From positions 45,076 to 109,075 of the IMG/VR virus record IMGVR_UViG_3300033121_001869: DNA of 64,000 bases. One strand, written 5' to 3'. The notes beneath the pieces were generated by a model. That model did not search any database. It had not been told where the DNA came from and saw nothing but the letters and a program-made list of their open reading frames with translations. A program made the translations under genes and the position numbers. This DNA comes from a virus. Its lineage: Duplodnaviria > Heunggongvirae > Uroviricota > Caudoviricetes. Numbering within the stretch: the first letter of the stretch is position 1; each line of letters opens with the position of its first letter. Below, one piece after another: positions 57,060-64,000 of the stretch.

Positions 57060-59485
57060 GTTCTATCATATGAATTACCATTATCTTTAAAATTTGGCAA
57101 ATTAAGTTTCATTGATGCATTATCCGCAAAGATTAAATATTTAGAATCATCCGCAATAATATATTGATTTAATAATTTGTTATGTTCTGTCTCAGGTATA
57201 ATATCACTGAATAATCGAATATTTGTCAGTTTCATATCTGAATTTTCTATATGTGCTAATATAGTTGAATCTAATTCATATTCAATAGGAGTTATATCTT
57301 GGTTAACAAGAGAATAAACAGGCTTCAAAATAGTTGAATTAAGTAATCTAGCTCTATCTTCCTCATCATCTTCTACATTTCTTTTATAAATATATTGTGA
57401 CATTTTTCGCTGCCTTTGATCTATGTTTATAACATAACAATACCAAACATCTTCTGATAAAGCAATATCTCCAGAAGAGCCATTAAAACTCCAAGTATAA
57501 GAATCACTATTTAAAGTTGTAACAATTGAATCTGAAACTAAAGTTGTTTTCCAACCTAATGAATTAGCATCATCATAAAAATTAAAGAAATTATGCTCCT
57601 CACCTTCTAAATAATTTTTTAAATTAAACCAAGCATAGAATCCTATATTATCCGAAACCTTCAATACTGAATTGACATTTTTATACTTAACAATAGGATC
57701 CATTCCCAAAACTTCTGAAAAATCATAATGCTGCTTAGAAATAATAGTTGTAGAATTTTCTACCAATTCTTTGATAATTAAAGTATTAATAAGGATTCCA
57801 TTATCCAATTCAACCCGAATTGGATCTCTGGTAAGTGGTTGTTGCTGATCTTTATTGGCAACAGCCGATTTATCTTTTTTATTTTCGATATTGAATAATT
57901 GATCAATGGTTGAATTATTCGTGAGCTGATTAACTCTATCACGGATTGATTGTTCACCTGCTTGCACATTGGCTGATTTGTTGTATTTTTTAAGTACCAC
58001 CTTGTAGTATATAGCATAATTATTGAAATTTCTAAACTGTTGAGCATGATCAACAATGAATAATCTATTTATATCACAAAAATAAACCAAATCTTCTTTA
58101 GATGGTCTTCTTTCAACACCAAATAAGGATTTAAAAGATTCTTTTGTAATATGTATTTCAAACGAGTCGAATAAATTTAAATCAAACTGATTCATAATTA
58201 TTTGATTATCAGGGAATAAGTTATTATCAACAGCAACCTTTAATTCACCCTCACAAGCAATTGTAAAAAGTCCGTATTCATGAAGTGAATAATCAATTCC
58301 CTTAGAATCCGGATCTGTAACAAAGTATTGTACTCTGTGTCCAAATACCTCCATAGCATCATTACTTAACTTATTAAGTAAATTATTCGCCTGTGTTTGT
58401 TGATAAGGATTATATAATTTGGATTTCTCATCATCTGTCATTGGATTAAAGATATTATCAGCACAACTTTGCCCTGATAAAACGCCTGTCGTGTTGGGTA
58501 TAAAATTTCCGTTTTCATCGACAGATCCAGCATTTGAAGTGTTAGCAGAATTGGCAACTAGAAAGGATTGACAACACTCCCTTATTCCAAACAGATTTGT
58601 TTTTTGGGAATCAAGTGTAACATTTTGAAAATCTCCAATCAGATTTATATCTTGTATTTTAATATTTCCTGAGGAATTATTTTCTATCAAATATTCAATT
58701 TGGAAAAATCTAATTGGATTAATTCGTTTTGTTGATATGTTTTCTTTGGTTAATGGCTCCCACTCAGACCAGGTTCTTGAATTATCTTGTGAAAATCTAT
58801 ATTTTATTGAGACATCAGTTAAATCTGAAGAGCTAATAATTTCAATATCATCTATTCTAAACACCTTGTAAATATAAGGTGGTTTTATTATTGAACTACC
58901 ACCACTGCCTACTATAACTGTATCTGTATTTTCATCTCTCAATAAATCACCATTTAACTCATAACTCAATAATCTTATAAATCCATCTGTCTTTGTGCCG
59001 GATCTTTTCCACTTTAAATCTATCCACATTTTATCTAAAGGATCAAAAGGTGGGAAATTATCCATATTGAACTCCGCCTTAGTAACGGTATAAGTTGTGG
59101 AATTTGTCGCTAAAGTAGTTTGATATGAATTAATCTCATCAAATGGTAGAAATTCTGTCCATGTGCTACCATTTCTTGAAATCCTATATGTTGGTTCAAG
59201 AAATCTGGTTTGTAGTGTTCCAATTGTTTCAAATTCAAATGAATTAAATTTTTTAACCCTTTCCAATTGTATAAATGATATAATATACTCATCATCAACA
59301 TTATAAAAATAGGGTGTAGCATTAATATCTGATTGTGTTGCGGAAACATCATAAAGCTCATCAATTATTATTTCACCTAAGTTAAAATTATTTACTATAT
59401 TTGACATTAAATTATATATTAAAACATTCATGCGAACAATCAAAATACTAGCAAAAAAAGATATATATGGTGGTTTAGGACTCAA
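57056..59485 (-). CDS. large virion structural protein with a T4 gp14-like central domain
   Basis: VFGHRVQYF..D...DYSLHEY and RPSKEDLVYF...RLFIV patterns; beta-rich termini. Confidence 0.55.
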   Translation of the reverse strand: MSPKPPYISFFASILIVRMNVLIYNLMSNIVNNFNLGEIIIDELYDVSATQSDINATPYFYNVDDEYIISFIQLERVKKFNSFEFETIGTLQTRFLEPTYRISRNGSTWTEFLPFDEINSYQTTLATNSTTYTVTKAEFNMDNFPPFDPLDKMWIDLKWKRSGTKTDGFIRLLSYELNGDLLRDENTDTVIVGSGGSSIIKPPYIYKVFRIDDIEIISSSDLTDVSIKYRFSQDNSRTWSEWEPLTKENISTKRINPIRFFQIEYLIENNSSGNIKIQDINLIGDFQNVTLDSQKTNLFGIRECCQSFLVANSANTSNAGSVDENGNFIPNTTGVLSGQSCADNIFNPMTDDEKSKLYNPYQQTQANNLLNKLSNDAMEVFGHRVQYFVTDPDSKGIDYSLHEYGLFTIACEGELKVAVDNNLFPDNQIIMNQFDLNLFDSFEIHITKESFKSLFGVERRPSKEDLVYFCDINRLFIVDHAQQFRNFNNYAIYYKVVLKKYNKSANVQAGEQSIRDRVNQLTNNSTIDQLFNIENKKDKSAVANKDQQQPLTRDPIRVELDNGILINTLIIKELVENSTTIISKQHYDFSEVLGMDPIVKYKNVNSVLKVSDNIGFYAWFNLKNYLEGEEHNFFNFYDDANSLGWKTTLVSDSIVTTLNSDSYTWSFNGSSGDIALSEDVWYCYVINIDQRQRKMSQYIYKRNVEDDEEDRARLLNSTILKPVYSLVNQDITPIEYELDSTILAHIENSDMKLTNIRLFSDIIPETEHNKLLNQYIIADDSKYLIFADNASMKLNLPNFKDNGNSYDRT

Positions 59486-59672
59486 AATATATACAAAAGA
59501 TAAATATTATGAGGCATCATATGATGAACAATTTGATGCTTGGATATTAGATTCTGATATTATTATCAACGAAAGACCTATATATGATAACAAGTTCATT
59601 AAGGAAAATTTTTTACTTCCCGAAGAAATTAGAGATAATAATATTAACATTATTTTGAATAAATCTAAATAA
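59430..59672 (+). CDS. small protein with C-terminal tag
   Basis: ends IRDNNINIILNKSK. Confidence 0.6.
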   Translation: MRTIKILAKKDIYGGLGLKIYTKDKYYEASYDEQFDAWILDSDIIINERPIYDNKFIKENFLLPEEIRDNNINIILNKSK

Positions 59673-59673
59673 T

Positions 59674-59704
59674 TTTGTGGATTAATAATAATTCCGTATA
59701 TTTG
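59674..59704 (+). promoter_or_regulatory. Bacteroidota primary-sigma promoter
   Basis: TTTG-N19-TATATTTG. Confidence 0.75.
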
Positions 59705-59723
59705 TAACTGAAATACATAATAA

Positions 59724-60944
59724 ATGAAAAAATTTAATGTTAAGGAAACATTTCTAAAATTAACTTCTCAGACATATCCTCACGGTACTGAGCACCTATT
59801 ATTTGATATTTTGCCTCAAAACCTTATCATGGACGATTTTGGTAATTTATTCATTCAAATTGGTGAAAGTGATGTGATGTTTACATCACACTTAGATACA
59901 GCAACATCAGTTAAAACTGATGTTAATCACGTTTTTGATGGTGATCTTATTAAAACAGATGGTAAAACAATATTAGGAGCTGATGATAAAGCTGGTGTAA
60001 CGATCATGCTTTATATGATTCAAAATAAAATTCCTGGACTTTACTATTTCTTCCTTGGTGAAGAAGTGGGTTGTGTAGGATCAAAAAAAGTATCTGGTAT
60101 ACATAAAACAGAGCCATTGTCAAATATTAAAAAAGTTATCTCTTTTGATAGAAGAGGAACTGATTCGATAATTACTTTTCAAGCCAGTTCAAGATGTTGT
60201 TCAGATACCTTTGGTAAGGCTCTTGCTGACCAATTAAATTTAAATGAAAGTACATTTAAATATAGGACTGACCCAACTGGATTATACACAGACTCAGCAC
60301 AATTTACATCAATATATCCAGAATGTACGAACATATCTGTTGGTTACTATTCTGAACACACTTTCATGGAAAGACAAGATATCGAACACTTAACTAAATT
60401 AGCAGAAGCTTGTTTAAAAGTTGATTGGAAGTCATTACCTGTTGAGAGAGATCCTTCTAAGATTGAATACTCTGATTACTATGATGATTGGTATGGATAC
60501 GGATATGGTGTTGGTTATGGATCTGGTAGGTATAATACTGGCAGATACAATACTGGAAAATCATATGCCGGTAGCACAAAGCCAAGTGTAATAGTGCCAG
60601 ATGAGAAAGTATTTTTCTACGACAAACAATATGAGTTTCTAAGTAGTTATAAAATAAATAAATCAACTGGTATATTCAGTGATGTAGATATACATGCATC
60701 AAGAATCAAAGATGAAACAGATTTAATTATTGATTTATTTTCACAAATTGAATTAGAATACTCTTCTATTCTGTGGGATGGTTTAAGGTTGACTGTTTTT
60801 CATGAAAATGGTGAAACAGTAAATTCAAATCGTAATGAAATGATTGAGTACTTTCCTCAATTTGATTTGACAAAAATACCTGAATTTGAATTTGACGAAA
60901 AAAGAAAACTATACATAAACGACGAATATTGCGGAGATATGTAA
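59724..60944 (+). CDS. M28/M20-family metallopeptidase
   Basis: SHLDT, LGADDKAG, GEEVG, SFDRRG, HTFME. Confidence 0.85.
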   Translation: MKKFNVKETFLKLTSQTYPHGTEHLLFDILPQNLIMDDFGNLFIQIGESDVMFTSHLDTATSVKTDVNHVFDGDLIKTDGKTILGADDKAGVTIMLYMIQNKIPGLYYFFLGEEVGCVGSKKVSGIHKTEPLSNIKKVISFDRRGTDSIITFQASSRCCSDTFGKALADQLNLNESTFKYRTDPTGLYTDSAQFTSIYPECTNISVGYYSEHTFMERQDIEHLTKLAEACLKVDWKSLPVERDPSKIEYSDYYDDWYGYGYGVGYGSGRYNTGRYNTGKSYAGSTKPSVIVPDEKVFFYDKQYEFLSSYKINKSTGIFSDVDIHASRIKDETDLIIDLFSQIELEYSSILWDGLRLTVFHENGETVNSNRNEMIEYFPQFDLTKIPEFEFDEKRKLYINDEYCGDM

Positions 60945-60951
60945 TAAAAGT

Positions 60952-60974
60952 AACCACCGAAAGGTGGTTTTTTT
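60952..60974 (+). terminator. intrinsic terminator
   Basis: aaccacc-gaaa-ggtggtt plus ttttt. Confidence 0.85.
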
Positions 60975-61130
60975 ATGCCAGAAATTCCGTATATTTGTAC
61001 AATGAAATTTCTCAATTTTCAATTACCCGATTACATGAAAAGTAGGTCGTGAACCTAGATGGTAATGTTTCTAAAAATGAAAAGTATCTTTCTCAGAAAG
61101 ATGAAAACTCTATTATAGATTATTTGGATT

Positions 61131-62081
61131 CTATAAATTTATAGACATATCTAAAAAATGTCCATCTTCCCCATCAATACTAAATCCAAATTTTTTATAT
61201 AAATTAATAGCAGCTATATTATTCCTCAATACTTCTAATTTTATTGAGTTACAATTAAATTTTTTAGCTCTGGCAAAAATTTCCTCCATTACTTTTGTTC
61301 CATACTTATTACCACGATACTTTTGATTAATCTCAATCATAACTACATGAAATATATTGTCTTTTATTCTATAATGTAGTGTTCCAATTCGGTTTTCATC
61401 ATCATATAAAATACTAACATTGTCACCCTTTCTTACAAATCCAATTCCTCTCGGATCTTCTTTCACGATAGTATCATTAAACGTAATATGTTCGTTAAAA
61501 TTAAATACTGACATTCTTTTTATTACATTATTAATACCAAGATACTTTAGCTGAATATTTATTAACTCCATATCAGCTTCTACTTTATTGGTAAATTCAA
61601 ACTCATCCCCATTAACACCTATAAAAATATAATAATCTCCTATGCGCATGCCGTTGACACTATTGATCATCTCTATTAAAATATAATCATCACCTTTCAA
61701 ATCTATTTGACCTGAGATTTTTTCACCAACTCTGCTTATATTTTTATGAAATGAAACATCCCTTATAAGTTCTATTCCTTTTTTATACAAGGTGTCTAGA
61801 AATGATAAAGTCATGATCAATAGATATAAGGTCTTGTTTCTGAAATCATAAGAACATATCTCATATCCAATTTTTGATATAATATAATTAATGACATGTA
61901 TACCAGACTCATCAAAAGATTCACAATCCTCATAATACAAAGCTAAAAATCCACTATGGTATTTAGTCATGTCATTAGATATGTATTTTGGACTTGAATC
62001 AGTTAGATATTGAAGCGCATCTAAAATATCAGAAAGATCATCTTCATCAACCCTCTCATTAAATAATCTTAGATGTTTCAT
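61131..62081 (-). CDS. tagged protein with C-terminal GNAT acetyltransferase domain
   Basis: MKHLRLFNE; KYRGNKYGTK, LEVLRNNIAAINLYKKFGF. Confidence 0.8.
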   Translation of the reverse strand: MKHLRLFNERVDEDDLSDILDALQYLTDSSPKYISNDMTKYHSGFLALYYEDCESFDESGIHVINYIISKIGYEICSYDFRNKTLYLLIMTLSFLDTLYKKGIELIRDVSFHKNISRVGEKISGQIDLKGDDYILIEMINSVNGMRIGDYYIFIGVNGDEFEFTNKVEADMELINIQLKYLGINNVIKRMSVFNFNEHITFNDTIVKEDPRGIGFVRKGDNVSILYDDENRIGTLHYRIKDNIFHVVMIEINQKYRGNKYGTKVMEEIFARAKKFNCNSIKLEVLRNNIAAINLYKKFGFSIDGEDGHFLDMSINL

Positions 62082-62146
62082 AAAACTTTATATAACAAAT
62101 TTATAATTTGATTCTATAAGTATATATAAAAAAATTACTAAAATAA

Positions 62147-62431
62147 ATGACAATAAGCGAAATTGGAATAAAGGGATATAAATCATTTGGAAATAATGAA
62201 CAAATACTCAAACTAAATACAGATAAAGGTGAACTAATACTATTGGTTGGTAATAATGGAAATGGTAAGTCCGTAACGCCAAATACCAAAATAGAAATTG
62301 AAATGCCTCTTGAAAGTTTAAACTTAGAAGATTTTAACAAATTTTTGGAAATAATGGGGAAGGAAAGTAAGTATATTTTATATATAAAGGAGAACAATTA
62401 TTCTCTATATGAACAATATATTAATCAATAA
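62147..62431 (+). CDS. gp46: gp46/SbcC-like ATPase N-fragment plus putative split-intein N part
   Basis: IKGYKSFGN and GNNGNGK Walker A, then SVTPNTKIEI (intein block A-like) and stop. Confidence 0.78.
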   Translation: MTISEIGIKGYKSFGNNEQILKLNTDKGELILLVGNNGNGKSVTPNTKIEIEMPLESLNLEDFNKFLEIMGKESKYILYIKENNYSLYEQYINQ

Positions 62432-63959
62432 AAAACAATTAGATGATTATATTTCTGATTTTCATCCTGATAAAAAAATTGAAATCCTAGAAAAATTCAA
62501 TAATTTTAATTTTGATTGTGGCAGAACTTCTTTTCTTACAAAAATGAAGAAAATCATTTCGATGCCAAAATTTGGAAAAAGAACAATTATTTATTGGATA
62601 AGTAGAGGATGGTCAGAAAAAGATGCTTTAGAAAAGAGAATTCCAGACAACAAAGATCCTGAAACATCACCAATGAATATAAACTTTTGGATGAAAAGGG
62701 GATATTCAAAATCAGATGCTGAGTTTGAAATAAAATCCAGAAGAAAAACAAATAAAGAATATTGGATAAAAAGAGGATTTTCAGAAGCTGATTCCTTACA
62801 AAAGGTGATAGAATTTCAAAAAACTTCTAACTCAATATTTATACAGAAAATTAATTCGGATATAAATTATCGTGAATCTGTTAATTCTAAAAGAACTAAT
62901 AACTTAAAATATTGGATTAATCTTGGATATTCAGAAGATGAATCAATAAAAAAAGTTTCTGAAAGACAATCAACATTTTCATTAAAAAAATGTTTAGATA
63001 AATATGGTATAGAAGGTCATAAAATTTGGCAAGACAGGCAGGTAAAATGGCAAAAATCACTAGCACTTAGTCACTACAATGGTAAGGATAAAAAGGACTC
63101 AAAAACTATTGAATTTTTCAAGAAAAAATATCCAGAAAATTGGATAGATCAATATTTTAATAAAATATCCTTCAAAGAAAAAGATGATATAATGTTTTTA
63201 ACATCTTTTGAAAATTATAAAGATTTAATAGACTCATTGATAGTTGATAAATGGCAGTTAAGTGAAATATCCTATATTCTTAGATATAAGATAATAAGTG
63301 AAATATACAATTGTTCGGATATTGATATGTTTGAATATTTACATCTTAATTATGAGAAGTACTCAAAAACTCCTGATTACTATCACAAAAATTATCCAAA
63401 TTGGATAGATAAATTTATAAAAGACAACAGCTATAAAGACGAAAATACTATTAGAAATCTTTTAAATTTCAAAGATTATAAAGAAATGATTATTTATATG
63501 ATTGATAATTATAGAATTACAGACATAAATATTTACTTACAAAGTAAGCTAATATCTTATTTCTATAAAACAACGCATAAAGAAATGTTTAATTTTTTAG
63601 TAAATAGTGAGCCTACAATAAAATCAAAATACGGGCATATTAGATATTTTAATAACCATATCTGTCGAAGTGATGCTGAATTTTTATTGGCAAAATTTCT
63701 GATTGATAATAATATAAAATATGAATATGAAAAAAAATATGAAAATACATTGAAAAGATGTGATTTTTATCTTAACGATTTTGATTTTTATATTGAATAC
63801 ACAGGAATGCAAAAAAACTCAATTTGTAATACCAAATACAAAGAAAAACAAAAATTTTGTTTAGATAATAACATAAATTGCATTTTCTCAAACAACATTA
63901 AGGAAATAAAAACTAAAATATTAGATGAAATTAAATTTAACAATAGAACAACTGAATAA
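62409..63959 (+). CDS. free-standing homing-type endonuclease, PD-(D/E)xK C-terminus
   Basis: repeated YWI.RG.SE..A units; YEYEKKY...RCDFYL...IEYTG. Confidence 0.75.
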   Translation: MNNILINKKQLDDYISDFHPDKKIEILEKFNNFNFDCGRTSFLTKMKKIISMPKFGKRTIIYWISRGWSEKDALEKRIPDNKDPETSPMNINFWMKRGYSKSDAEFEIKSRRKTNKEYWIKRGFSEADSLQKVIEFQKTSNSIFIQKINSDINYRESVNSKRTNNLKYWINLGYSEDESIKKVSERQSTFSLKKCLDKYGIEGHKIWQDRQVKWQKSLALSHYNGKDKKDSKTIEFFKKKYPENWIDQYFNKISFKEKDDIMFLTSFENYKDLIDSLIVDKWQLSEISYILRYKIISEIYNCSDIDMFEYLHLNYEKYSKTPDYYHKNYPNWIDKFIKDNSYKDENTIRNLLNFKDYKEMIIYMIDNYRITDINIYLQSKLISYFYKTTHKEMFNFLVNSEPTIKSKYGHIRYFNNHICRSDAEFLLAKFLIDNNIKYEYEKKYENTLKRCDFYLNDFDFYIEYTGMQKNSICNTKYKEKQKFCLDNNINCIFSNNIKEIKTKILDEIKFNNRTTE

Positions 63960-64000
63960 TCTTCAAGAATCATTCAATCTAATTGATAATTATGAAATAA
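63925..64000 (+). CDS. 5' end of the presumed intein-C/gp46-C gene (partial)
   Basis: ATG 63925, MKLNLTIEQLNNLQESFNLIDNYEI open to window end; not in track. Confidence 0.5.
   Translation, partial: MKLNLTIEQLNNLQESFNLIDNYEI

Noticed and set aside
60975-61130. Possible small gene after the TATATTTG at about 60990
   Set aside because: Only a 16-codon ORF and a start-less frame; cannot be supported
8264-63973. Short antisense or alternate-frame track ORFs (e.g. 8264, 9639, 15913, 18306, 19870, 20803, 23427, 24925, 25166, 33045, 33406, 34747, 35629, 37638, 39375, 40293, 41856, 45304, 54384, 56163, 57778, 59110, 60457, 60766, 62101, 63788)
   Set aside because: Shadows of longer, motif-supported genes, with no independent signals
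1-64000. Stop-codon reassignment (code 15 or 4)
   Set aside because: Conserved genes are intact in code 11, TAG and TGA end genes normally (e.g. 7273, 9541, 8468), and no suppressor tRNA was seen

Overview
Very AT-rich, densely coded 64-kb segment of a T4-like jumbo/mega phage. Core markers are gp32 SSB, a gp13 neck protein, a gp14-like structural protein, RNase H, RNA ligase 1, gp46 and a degenerate terminase-ATPase paralog. TTTG-N19/20-TAnnTTTG promoters point to a Bacteroidota host. Host-type genes include dnaK/dnaJ/grpE, nusG, guaC, coaD, uvsE and a Dam methylase, and there are about eight free-standing homing-type endonucleases. The main discoveries are absent from the ORF track. (1) A minus-strand tRNA cluster (Pro, Asp, Gln) is gated by two leader-peptide transcription attenuators; a penta-Gln leader (MKMITQQQQQNNIREVDR) sits directly in front of a terminator and three tRNA-Gln genes. 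(2) There is a compact 211-nt RNase P RNA. (3) gp46 is fractured by an apparent atypically split intein with an endonuclease between the halves. (4) About 30 proteins share an N-terminal tag resembling the T4 capsid-targeting sequence, often behind a TAATATATA motif 4-6 nt from the start codon. (5) About 15 other small proteins share a C-terminal R-x-x-K-I-x-x-I-L tag. (6) An integron attC-like gene cassette is present. Several single-base homopolymer frameshifts suggest residual sequencing errors. All calls come from motif reading by eye; no database searches were run.
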